This document shows, one piece after another, positions 1 through 11,450 of a stretch of 64,000 bases of DNA. The notes beneath the pieces were generated by a model that worked only from the letters and a program-made list of their open reading frames with translations, did no database searches and was not told the origin of the DNA. The DNA lies in contig CM068743.1 of the NCBI GenBank assembly GCA_035084275.1, positions 79,608,001-79,672,000 on the forward strand, in the 5' to 3' direction. The DNA comes from Hydrolagus colliei (Eukaryota). Within the stretch, counting starts at the first letter, position 1. Each line of letters opens with the position of its first letter. A program made the position numbers and the translations under genes.

Positions 1-59
1 ACTGTATCACACATAAATGTCTTGGAGTTTTCCTGCCAAGTGTAATTTTTAGGCAAACA

Positions 60-335
60 CAGCAATCCTTTCATTTTCATATAACGTTTTTCACATCTTC
101 TAGATGTCTTAAAGAACTTCACAGAATATACTGTAAAGTGAATTGGCTGTATATTTATGAGCGAAACGCGGTAGCCAATTGCACATATAAGTCGTGGTTT
201 GAAGTAAACAATTAAAATTTTTTTTATTATCAGGCTTGTGTGAGGAAACTTGTCCAAGGCAAAAGCCCTGCTGGGAATCAAAGCCAGATCTTTCGTGTGG
301 AAGGCGAGTGCTCTAACCATGGAGCTGCAAGGTCT
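60..335 (-). mobile_element. tRNA-headed SINE, degenerate
   Basis: Reverse complement of the family at 14679: head (ggttagagcactcgcc...tttgattccca) near 270-335, body gtgaattggctgtatattt and tail toward 60. Boundaries approximate. Confidence 0.65.
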
Positions 336-3300
336 CACAAACAGCCATGAGGTGAATGATAAATTTAAAAGGAGGACTGTTGGCTAGGACACTGAGAGAA
401 AATCCTTTTTCTTTTCAATATGCCTAAAGAACAAGCAGATGTAAGCTTGCATTTAAAATCTCATCCGAAGGGCGACCTCAACTAGGATTGTTGGCACTCC
501 CATAGCTCCTATACTCCTCTTTTCCTTTCTCCCTCATGCATGCACTCCCTTCTGACACAGTGCTGGAGTTTAACCAGTTTCTATGAGCAACAGTACGGGT
601 TCCCACTGCTCTAGCAGCTAGAACCATTTGGGCTTCATCTTACAATATCAATAGGAGACAATAAACAAAAACAACAAATTGCATTCATATATCATCTTTC
701 ATATCAGGAATGGGAGAACGCCAACAACAAAATTACACTTGTATAGTGCCTTTCACATCAGGAGGATGTCCTTAGTCTCAAATCCTAAGAACCCTATTCC
801 TTGCGTGAGTGATCTACTCCCTCACCTCCTGCTGCGCTGCAAGAACTTTCTCTCAATTGTTTTCATTTCTACTTTAAAGCTTCACAAGCTGTGATTGCTT
901 TAACTACAAAAATTGTATTCATAAAGTTACAATAACTTTGACATGAATTATTAACCGGTGCACTGATTCTTTGAATAATCGACTCTGTTAAAAATAAAAT
1001 GTTCTACGTCATATGCATTATTAATTTGCAATAAATGCTGCTTACCAGAGATTTAAATACATGCTGCCACTGAGAACATAAGCATGGAATGAGAAAAAGC
1101 TATTGAGAGAGTGTCGATGGTGCTCATTCCAATGCCACACAATGGGTTTGGATTCTACCCAACTCACTTATTCCTTCCCGGTGGATGTCACACAACAGCA
1201 GGCAAATACTTCAAGAGAAAGCTCTACTAAATATTTGCATGCGCCTTGAAGTACGTTTACACCAACGCAACATTATTACATTAAATAATCATAGTCTGAC
1301 AAGGTTCCAGCAGCTCAGGAAACATAGAGCAGTGCACACATAAGTTATGCCTGCTTAGCTCCATAGAAATGTAAAATCATAATCCTTGCATTCGATACAC
1401 TATCTTTCACGCAGGGAGGAAGGTTGTGCACGATATACACGGTGAACAAAAAATTGTGATAATTACCCTATTATCTAAAGAAACACCAAAATATCATCAT
1501 TTATTTTAGACATATTAGACATTGTATTGGTATCATGACTTTTTGGTCATCCTGTACTATAAAGCAATACAAATAACATCTGGTATTGCAGTTTCAAGGG
1601 ATCTTTACTGTCTACCTGAGCAGACAGTTGGGATATTGTTTTAACATTTCATGCAAACATAGCACCTCCCACACTGCAGCTCCCCCAGCACTGTATTGAA
1701 GTAACAGTCTAGACTACATGAGCTCAAAATCCTATCATGAACCTTGATAATCTTCTGCCTTGGAGGCAATAATACAACCAATTAAGCAAGGCAGTTCCAT
1801 GCCAACTAGCAAGATCCATACATTTATCGGAGAGTCACCTTTAGTGTGCATTACACAACACATAAATGAATGCTTAGGTAAACAGATTGCCTCTTGGTGC
1901 AGAGTTGTATCCTTTACTGCCAAAGGAATCTGCAAACGCTCTGCAACATATTGATGTTTCTTCAGTATAAATCATGCAATTAAGCGAAAATGTTACAGAG
2001 AACCTTGTTTAGTGTGTGTGTGGGATGCGGTGTGGTGGGGGTGTGGGTAGGTGACGGGGGAGAATTGCTTCACTCTGTTCCATGTCCACAATTGAGATGT
2101 TAGATAGGAAAGAACAACTTCCAGTCCCAATTCATTCCCAGCTTGCTTTCATGCTGGCACAGATTTGTGCTGTTCATTGACTGTCACTTCTGCATTTGGT
2201 TTCAAGGATATTGCTGCAGCTTGAATCTGCTTCACTCAAGGGTAAGGTTGGAGAGAAGTTTTTTTTCCCATAGAGAATTCCAGATCTGAATTTGATCACT
2301 TTCAATTACCTCCACGGCCATGCCCCACTCTACCTCTGTGACCTCCTGAAACCTTACTGCCTGGATTGTTCCCTTCCGTATCCATACATTGCCCTGATAC
2401 ACACATCTCACCTGACCTCCTACAAGATCACCATTGCCAAATGAACTTCTAGCCATTCTACACGTTCTCTGGAACTTAATCCTGGAGTCCCTCCACCTCA
2501 TTCCCTCCTTCAAAGGGAGGGACTCCTTCCCTCTCTCCCACCTTCAAAGCCTACCTTGAGATCCATCTTTCTAGAGCATGCTATCATTCATGTTTCTTCC
2601 CTCCTCCACACTGTGGCTGGTGACATCCACCAGCTTGGATTCTTAGGTCGCTATGTCGAACAGTTTCTCCCCAACGAGAAAGATGTTATGTAGGCATAAA
2701 TTATTTTTGTTGTTTTTGCACAGAGGACAATAGAAATCTCTGCTACAAACCATTGCTTGTAGCAGTGTTGAATATGGAAAGGTAGAACATTCTTTGGTTC
2801 GGTCTTGGTTTGGAAGCTGCTCTTCAAAGCATATACTAGTACTATAAAGTGGATTGACTACATTTTGTGGGCGAAAATATTTTGTGGCTTCATTTGATGT
2901 TTCTTCATTTGATGCCAAAAATGGCTTTGGAACTTAAGAATTTTCTACAATTCTGTGTTCAGGATCTTAAATAATAATAATTTTGTCACTCAATCCACAA
3001 CTGTTTGTAAGGCGTTATATCAAATGCAAGGAGTATTATTATTATTGAAGCAGAGACATTGTCAAAACTAGGGAGGTCACTCAGAGCAGGAATTCTTCCC
3101 ACTCAGCTAGTTAATTCTTCCCACTCACCCTACAAGCTAGAACCCTAGGAGGTAGAGTAGTCCTAACTGAAGACACAATGGAAATCTTGCTCTATTTCGT
3201 TTTTCCTGGTTAATTCTAGCAGTCTATGAATACTATTGGAAATTCTCAAAAATATTTTGTGGCATTCTTCATTTGATACCGGTGCAAATGATGGCCCACT

Positions 3301-4599
3301 AGGTGGTAGCACAAACCTCTGTGTAAGAGTTTTAGTCAGTAAAATATTATCCCTTTGTCAAGGGTGTTTTTTTTTTAGGAGTTTATTTTTGAGTTCCAAT
3401 GTACCCCATAAGAGGTGAAAATCCACATTGCTCTTTTCAGCTCAAAATAAATACCTTTTATTGATTGACTTAAAAGGCTACGGGGAGGGGGAAACAAATC
3501 CACTCAATCGATTAAAAAGTTAATTTTATGGTTGAGCAAAGGGTTTAAGTCTCTTCAGAAGATCAATGCTGAAACAAACAAGACAAAGAATAGCATACAG
3601 CTTGATATAGGACTAAATCCTATAAAATACATATTACCCCGATAAGGTGAAGTTGACTGGCATGCTAAGACTAGGCAGAATTTTGTGGGTCTTCAATTGT
3701 CAAATATTTTCAATTCTCCTTTTAGAAACCACATAAGCATAGTTTATTAAGAAAAGGCTATTTTTAATGAAAGGTTAGTGGGCTGCAATTAGAAGCCAAT
3801 TTCTTGTGCTGTGCACTCCTCCTCTTTGAGGTTACTTGACTCTCTGATAAGTAGCTCGGTTGAAACTCAGTAAATACCCTAATAAGCAACTTAATCTGAA
3901 AGGTCAGTATTACTAAACCACACAACACTATCTTCACAGTAATCTTAAATATCCATCTAAATGCTAATGAATGATCACTGTGTTTTCAAGCAATAATTAA
4001 GACATCGGTCACAGAAAGCAAATATATACAGGAGCACCTTGTTATAATGGACAGAGTCAGGTCTGTAAAACCAAATACAGTATTGTACATGAAGGCCTGT
4101 TATGAACAGATATTGAACTTTGTATTTGATGTCAATTCCTGCCCTCTGCATGAAATCCAACAACTGTGTTGTGACCCAAAGGATGACTGGGTCATGTCAA
4201 TGATGAATTGGGGCTGAAAATTCTGTCATTGTTACCTAATACTTAATGTAACCAAACAAAATTAATAATAATCCCTGCGTTTGATATGATGCCAAAAGGT
4301 CCGTGACTTTTATTTGGTTAGTTGGGTGTCTGACACTTGCGAAAACCCATCACCATGTTTAAGAGTATGTCAACCAGATTGAAAGACCTGGTTGATCAAA
4401 AACAAAGATAGTTTCAAAGCACCTCTATAACCTTTAGTGGCTGAGCATTTTGTAGACAAATACAACAGCTAATGTACATCAATCAGCTATAAAGCGATTA
4501 ACCAGTTTGAGCTAGTGGATTGTTGGTTAACAAACTGGGAGAAACTCCCTTCTTTTTGATCTGTTTCATGTTTCAAAGTTGCAAGTATCAAAATGTTTC

Positions 4600-5003
4600 A
4601 CAATAACGGATTTCAGGCCTGAGCCAGGTGACCAAAGATGCGGTTGAAGAGGAAGTTCTTTAGCTGAGATCTGAAACTGGGAAGAGAGGGGCAGAGGTGA
4701 AGGGAGTCAGGAAGGGAGTTCCAGAGCCTCAGTAGTGGCTGAAGCTACAGCCGCCGATAGTGGAGTGGAGGATTCGGAGGAGGCCGAACCCAGTGGAGCG
4801 AAGGCAACGGGTGCTGGTTTGAGGAGAGAGGAGGTTGGAGAGGTAGTGGGGTGCAAAGGAGTGGAGAGATTTGAAAATAAGGGTGAAGATCTTGAAATCA
4901 ATCCTCTTGGGGACAAGGAGCCAGTGAAGTCTGGAAAAGACTAGGGTAATGGGGGAGCGAAGTTTAGTGAGAGTGAGAATGCGGGTGGCAGAGTTTTGTC
5001 AAT
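4600..5003 (-). mobile_element. L2-clade LINE 3' fragment
   Basis: Same sequence as the RT C-terminus/3' region of other L2 copies (ttcaagatcttcacccttattttcaaatctctccac...ctctggaactccct on the minus strand). Confidence 0.8.
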
Positions 5004-5004
5004 A

Positions 5005-5758
5005 CAGTAGAAACCCGTTTATCCGTGACTCGATGAATCAGTACTTCCGTATAACTGGCACGCCCAGAAAAAAGTCCCCATTCGATAAACCGGAACTTAT
5101 CCGGAACAATAGCAGTGGAGCATTCGTAAATGCATAAATAATAACATAATAACAGGATATTGAATTGGTACTTATTGTTAAAATACTCTCTTGCGCTTTT
5201 CACCTTTACTAGTAGATGCTGCACTTAAAGCCATGATGCTGCGGTTGAGGTTTATAATTCAGCGATTCTTTTCTAAATGGAGGACACCAAGCGGGTGAAA
5301 AAAACGGAGTGTGACTTTAAAGCCATACTAGCAGCAAGCGATAACCATAGTCGATAACTCACATTGTCACGCAGATGCAGTATTTTGGCTTGCCGCTAGT
5401 AGAGTCTAGGGTTATCGGTTTGCCGCTAGTAGATTCTAGGGTTATCGGCTTGCTGCTAGTAAGGCTTTAAAGTCGTGCTGCTGATTGTTTCACCCGCACA
5501 GCATCCTCCATTTTAAAAAGAATCGCTGGACTATAAACCTCAACCAGTAAAGGTGAGAAGCGAAGAGAGTAGTTTTAACAATAAGTACCAATACGATATT
5601 CTATTATTATGTTATTATTTAGTCTGGTGTGTATGGTGCGTGTTAAAATAACTTTTTTTTGTGGTAGGTTTTCGGCTGCGGGCCACCCTAATATGCGGTA
5701 GGTGCTTTAACAGGTATTGGCCAGGTCCCGCGGGTGCCGTATAAACAGGCTGTTACTG
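5005..5758. mobile_element. pogo/Tigger-like (Tc1-mariner superfamily) non-autonomous DNA transposon
   Basis: TA|CAGTAGAAACCCGTTTAT...ATAAACAGGCTGTTACTG|TA: imperfect TIRs starting with CAGT and a TA target duplication; no transposase ORF. Confidence 0.75.
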
Positions 5759-6543
5759 TACAAAGAAACCATCAATCCATGCTCATCTGGGTGCAATATC
5801 TCGGTCTCCTGTTCTATAAAGGAATGATAAAATGGCCAACTGTTAAAACACAGGTTGTGACATTTGTGGCAACCTGATGACTCAGAAGTCAATCTTTGTT
5901 TTGCGATGAGGGGATTTCGATGCCACAATTGCAATTTACTATTAGTAAACCGTCAGGGTTGTTATGACAGGGTTGTCCTTTACTTGCTTGCCTGGATTAT
6001 CACATCCCTGACACCAGCTGCATTTAACCAGTGTCACAAAATGGCAAAGCACATCAGAGGAAGCTGAGCTCATATTGGGTGAATTGAAAGGAATTTGTCT
6101 TCACCCACGATACGATATAATAACCATACATATTGCTACTAAATCCAGCAGGAAGTAATTTGCTTGCTCAATGCCTGGAGAGCGATCCCAAGAAGCTGTT
6201 CTGTGATAAATGGAGAACTGAATTTTCATAGTGTCAAATTGCTGTTCAAAAATAAACCTGAATCCTGTGAGCTCTTCTATCAAGCAGAAAGTCATATCTT
6301 GCAAAACCCCTCATCATGCTGCGCCGCTCGACAGGCCAAAACTCTTGAATTAAGCACATCTTACAATTTGCAGAGTCATCTGAGTGTCACTATGTGTTAT
6401 AAAAGTTCTGAAGAAATATTTTTTCAGTGCGTAATAATGCAACTAGTGGCAGCCTCTTCAAGATATGAAGCCAGGTGTCAACCTGGCTCTGTTGGTAATG
6501 CAATTGCCTCTGAGATAGAACGTTTTGATTGAATCCCCTAGAC

Positions 6544-6927
6544 CAGTGGTTCCCAAACTTTTTCTTTGCTGTCATCCAAATTAACCATCAGCAGGTCCTC
6601 GCGACCACTTTTTTTGCTGTGACCCAAATTAGCCTCCAACAGGTCCTCCCACCACTGTGGGCGGGGGGGGGGGATGATTTAGCGACTGTAGCTTATTTCA
6701 GCCAAAACGTTATCTCCGTCTGTTTTGTTGATTCAGCGCAACTTGTAAGCATGCTCTTTATACAAATTGGTCGGTGGTGTCGCATTTTTTTTTAGTGTTG
6801 AAAATTTCTTTTTAGCGTTAAAAAAGCATTTTCAACATTTACAAACAGCAGAAAAAAAACCTTCGCAACCCCACTGAGGATCCCCACGACTCTGATTTGG
6901 GTCGGGACCCGAGGTTGGGAACCACTG
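6544..6927. mobile_element. hAT (Charlie-like) MITE
   Basis: TIRs CAGTGGTTCCCAA...TTGGGAACCACTG; 8-bp TSD ccctagac/tcctagac, resembling the Charlie NTCTAGAN target preference. Confidence 0.88.
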
Positions 6928-7639
6928 TCCTAGACTCACAGGCTAGATTAACATTCTAATAGCCTTCTAGGGGCGTGCTGTATTGCTAAAGATATCGTCA
7001 TTTGGATGAGATGTTAAACTGAGGTCCCAGGTGATGTGACATTGCTAGGACCATGAGGGATTCTGAGGCTCACATTCACCATTTATAAATCATCAGGGAA
7101 TCTTGCAGTTCAGAAATATTGTTATTAATATTATACACCAATAATATAATAATGATACCAGAAAGTTAACAGAGAAAGAGAACAAGATAGAAATAAGGGA
7201 GAATGAGACAAATAACAAGAGTAAGAGAGAACAAAATAGAGAGAGGGAAGTTACAGGGCATTGTCTAACAGTTTTGAATTCAGAGTTTGGAATTCATTTT
7301 GTTAGTGGCTATTGAAGTTGGAATCAATAGAATCATTAAAACTGGAATTGTTATACAGCTGAGAAGTAAACAAGCATTAAAGGATTATGGAGAGAGAGAA
7401 TGGGGGATTAAATAAAGGTAACTCAAGCAAAATTAGGCACTGTGTGAGGGTTTCTGATAACTATAATAAGAAATAAACCTTCAAATTCCCTTCAAAAATC
7501 TTGGTCTGTTTTTGCAAGATTAGAAACAGCTATAGCAAAACTGTTGCGTTATGCCTGAAAATGCAAAGTGGCTAAATGTTATAGTAATTTGTGTGCAGCG
7601 CTTTAAGACGTTCTTTTGATGGAAAGGCACTATATAAAA

Positions 7640-7947
7640 ATAATAATAATAATCCTTGCATTTTGACATAGCGCTTTTCACATCTTATCAACATCTCAAA
7701 GCGCTTCACATAATACACCGCGGAAAGTGAATTTGCTTGTATATTTGTGGGCAAAGCATGGCAGCCAATTTTTATTATTATGTGTTTTTTTTGCAGCCAA
7801 CTTTTATTATTGTGTTTTTTTTTAGAGGGATTATGATTAGGTGTGTGGAGTAAGCAAACTTGCCCAGGTTTTTGCCCTGATCTGACTGGATTCAAACGCA
7901 GGTCTCATGCTTGTAAGACAAATGCTCTAACCACTGAGCTACAGGTG
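7640..7947 (-). mobile_element. tRNA-headed SINE
   Basis: Minus strand reads tgtagctcagtggttagagcattt (A box)...gtttgaatcc (B box)...gcgctatgtcaaaatgcaaggattattatt tail. Confidence 0.75.
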
Positions 7948-7958
7948 CAACATACGAT

Positions 7959-8592
7959 TTAGGGATCCCTCGATTTACAACAGTGTTGCGTTCCTGAAAA
8001 ACGTCACGTAAATCGAAATGTCATAAATCAGAACAGGTTTTCCCAAATGGTCCCATTATATAATCCAAGATGCATTCTTTTGAAAAAAAATTAGGACCCA
8101 AAATCCACTAAAATAACACTTTGCAACAAATAATTGAATGATAATGAGACTTAATGAATTTAATTAATGAATAATGAATTTAATACCACATTGAGTGGGT
8201 CCCGCTGCTCTCAATCGCAGTCGAGCGGGTCCCATACTGCGAATAGATCCAGCATCTGGGACCCAATAGAGCCCCGAGGTCTTGGGGATCACCTCAACCG
8301 ACAGCTGCTTGACGTATGCCGGTTGGATAAGGTGATCCTCAAGGCCTCGGGGAGATACTAGATATACATTTCTGCCTGGGCCACTGTTTGGAGAATTTTT
8401 CTCAACATCTACATGCATTTCAGGTTGGTATACAAAATATACTATATATACTGTGTATTTAGATTTTTTCTAACCCCCCAAAAATCAAGTATCAAAATCA
8501 AGTATAATTTAAAAATGTCGATAAAAAGATGTTAAAGTAATTATGTTAAATCTAAATCATGTAAATAGAGACGTCATAAATCGGGGGATACA
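7959..8592. mobile_element. pogo/Tigger-like MITE, degenerate
   Basis: Left end gggatccctcgatttacaac, right end gtcataaatcgggggatac; repeated subterminal gtaaatcg motifs. Confidence 0.6.
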
Positions 8593-8852
8593 TGCATATG
8601 AAATGCACACATACATCAATATTATTGAGCTTTGATAAATGGTTACAGAGGCTAGGGGTTTTCAGTCTTGAAAGAGACATAGTAGATGGGATCTTACAGA
8701 GATGTATAATATTTTTAATGGGATTGAAACAGAAAACCCAGAACGGGAATTTTGGATGCACTGAGAGAGTAGAACAATGGGGCAAAGGTTTACAGCTGCA
8801 AAGGGCAATTTCAGAACCAACACCAGTCAACCACAGTTCAAATTATTGTGTT

Positions 8853-9570
8853 CAACAACAACAACAACTTGGATTTATATAGCGCCCTCCACACCAAATG
8901 GGTCTCAGAGCGCTTCACAATAACGGATACCGGGGCCGAGCCGAGGGAAGGGGAAAAAGGTGATTGAAAGCGCGGTCAAAAAAAAAAGTCTTTAGCCGTG
9001 ACCTGGAAATAGGAAAGGAGGGGAGGCGAGGTGAAGGGAGTGAGGAAGGGAGTTCCAGAGCCTCTGGGCATGGTGGCTAAAGGCACGTCCGCCGACGGTG
9101 GAACGGAGGATTCGGGGGACAAGGAGGAGGCCAGACCCAGAAGAGTGAAGGCAATGGATAGTGTTGTGAGGAGAGAGGAGGTCAGAGAGGTAGGAGGGTG
9201 CAGAGGAGTGGAGGGATTTGAAAACAAGAGTGAGGATCTTGAAATCAATCCGCTCCGAAACCAGGAGCCAGTGAAGTCTGGGAAAGATTGGGGTAAATGG
9301 GGTGCGAAGTTTGGTTTGGGTGAGAATGCGGGCGGCGGAATTTGGGATAACCTGGATTTTGTGAATGGTGGCTGAGGGGAGACTGGCGAGGAGGACATTG
9401 GAATAGTCCAGCCAAGAGGTGACAAAGGCATGGACCAGTGTTTCAGTAGCTTTTGGGGTGAAATATTGGTGGAGATGGGCGATGTATCGGAGATGGAAGA
9501 AAGCGGTGCTGGTGAGCAACCGGACGTGGAGGAGGAAGGATAATTGGGAGTTGAACCTGACAATGTGTTC
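8853..9570 (-). mobile_element. L2-clade LINE 3' fragment
   Basis: ORF 8992-9594 (AFFHLRYIAHL...HAFVTSWLDYSN...LHWL..ERIDFKIL...LWNSLP) is the L2 RT C-terminal region; 3' tail gcgctatataaatccaag(ttg)n. Confidence 0.9.
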
Positions 9571-9917
9571 TAAAACTTTAACAATGAAGGGCAAGTTTGA
9601 GATAGGGTGGTAGTAGCTAGAATTTGAGAGATCTAGATCTAACCTCTAGCTGTAGTATCAAGCGTAACACAACAGACACGTCATCAAAGATGCTTTTATC
9701 ATCAAGGAAAGGAAAAGGACGAGCTCCAAATGGCAAGAAAAGGGAGAAAAAATGCAAACCAGGACTTCATTACAAATGCTGTATTTAGATTGCGATCGAG
9801 ACCAATGCTTTGCTTACACCTCTGAAAAAAAGCACTGAAATGTTCAATAAAAGCTAAGCACTCTGCTTCCCTTTCCCCTCTCATCACCTTCGAATATGTT
9901 TTAATTTAGAAACTTAC

Positions 9918-9961
9918 GTGTCAGTCTCATCCCAAACAATGCACGACTGGTTTGTGGTTCC
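9918..9961 (-). CDS. ADGRB1: ADGRB1 exon, start of GPS motif
   Basis: tcttgacag|GGAACC...GACAC|gtaagt; 44 nt, phase 0-2. GTTNQSCIVWDETD(T), cf. BAI1 GTTNQTCILWDETDV. I did not find the next (GPS cleavage) exon in 1-9917. Confidence 0.92.
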
Positions 9962-10027
9962 CTGTCAAGACAAAAGAAACACATGGTTTGAGGAACTTGT
10001 GTATTTCTGTACGATAAGATACTACGT

Positions 10028-10205
10028 AGAATCATGGAATCCTACAGCACAGAAGGAGACCTTTAAACCCATCGTGTCTGTGTCAGCTATTTGAAAAGAG
10101 CTGGCTAAATCAATCCCACTTTCCCACGCTCTCCCCATAGCCCTGCAAACTTGTCCTCCCCAAATAAGTATTTACTTCTCTCTTGAAAGTTGTTATCGAA
10201 TCGGT
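10028..10205 (-). mobile_element. CR1 LINE 3' end fragment
   Basis: Same sequence as the CR1 3' UTR at 25550-25720 (cagcacagaaggag...cccatcgtgtctgtgtcagctatttgaaaagag). Confidence 0.75.
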
Positions 10206-10717
10206 GAAGTAGACACACATATACACACAACTGAATTTCACAATTGACACTGTCTTTTTGAATGACAGATCTGGTTGTTATAACTATTACTACTTTACAA
10301 AGTTTGAGTATAGAATGACGTGGAGACTGTTGTGGGATAAGGTGCTGAATTCTGAGTGGGCTGCAGCTTTTGAAGGAAGGAGTTGAGGAGTGCAGGAAAT
10401 TGGAATAATCTGGACAGATTCCCAGGGACTATCCAGCACTCGCTCTTTTTTCCTCCCAATGCCCCCCATAGAGGACTGGAATGTCAGCCAGAACTATGTG
10501 GATTTGAACATCCCTCCCCTAACCTCTAATCGAAACAAGCCCTAACGAGCACATACCCGACAGACAAGAACTCCTGCAATTAATTTGTGGTTTATGTCAT
10601 TTTTATGTTTATTTTGATAAATAAGTTTGATAAGTGAATGCAGCAATAACAATAAAAACCATATGTGTTCTCCATCGACTTACATAATATAAATGTGTTG
10701 GTAAAGTTGAGACTTAC

Positions 10718-10820
10718 ATTGTAGAGATGGGAAAATTCAATTTCCAAAGGGCTGGGTAAAGATTTTGGAGAGGGTCTTACAATGACAGAGATAATCTTGG
10801 AGTTCAGCACTGTATTGTTC
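10718..10820 (-). CDS. ADGRB1: ADGRB1 exon, GAIN domain
   Basis: tgtgtctcag|GAACAAT...TACAAT|gtaagt; 103 nt, phase 2-0. [34 protein letters not shown]. Confidence 0.95.
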
Positions 10821-10944
10821 CTGAGACACAAAGTAAAATCCACCTATTACCCCTCAGTGCAACCACAAGTAGCAGCAGTGTAGTACATGAGCAATACTTC
10901 TGCACCTGCAAACTCAGGATCCAGCTATGCCAAGTTGTTGAAAT

Positions 10945-11012
10945 TTACACAGACTGACATGTTACACAGACTGACATGTTACACAGAGCGACATGTTACA
11001 CAGAGCGACATG
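10945..11012 (+). repeat. 17-bp tandem repeat x4
   Basis: ttacacagactgacatg x2, then ttacacagagcgacatg x2. Confidence 0.9.
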
Positions 11013-11220
11013 GAACAGCAACAAGCCATTCAATCCAGTCCCATGTCGTTGTTTATACTCCACGCAAGCCCCCAACCCTCCTTTTCCACTGAGCGATTCC
11101 CTTCAAGGCAGAATTTGAGCTGGAAGGTGAATGTTGTTAAACAGGAAAACACGGCAGCCACTCAACTAATCTGTGCTACCAAAGCCCTGCAAACAATGAC
11201 ATTGTTTCATTCAGACTTAC

Positions 11221-11296
11221 TTCTGAAGAGCCAGGAGTCCCCCCAGGTTCCTGTACAGGACAGTTCCTATCACATAGACCGAAGAGTCGTCCTGGT
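11221..11296 (-). CDS. ADGRB1: ADGRB1 exon, GAIN domain
   Basis: tcttcttacag|ACCAGG...TCAGAA|gtaagt; 76 nt, phase 1-2. [25 protein letters not shown](K). Confidence 0.94.
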
Positions 11297-11450
11297 CTGT
11301 AAGAAGAAACACACTTTACGCTGTCTTACAATTGAAAAAAGATCTGCATGATCAGAGGCCCACAGCAATATTTGAGATGGAAAATAATGTGAGATCTGAC
11401 ATATTTATCACTGGTGATGTCACCAATCAAGTATGCTGATTTGGACTAAT

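Noticed and set aside
655-775. Recurrent (caa)n-aaattacacttgtatagtgcctttcaca motifs, and the 30-bp units near 5390-5460, as a CRISPR-like array
   Set aside because: The first are dispersed L2 3' tails and the second are tandem units without unique spacers; the context is eukaryotic and there are no cas genes.
1-9917. Expected ADGRB1 GPS exon (W...GC...C.CDRLSTFAIL)
   Set aside because: No match found by eye; FCDRCL near 4000-4020 lacks the surrounding motif. The exon presumably lies beyond the left edge of the window.
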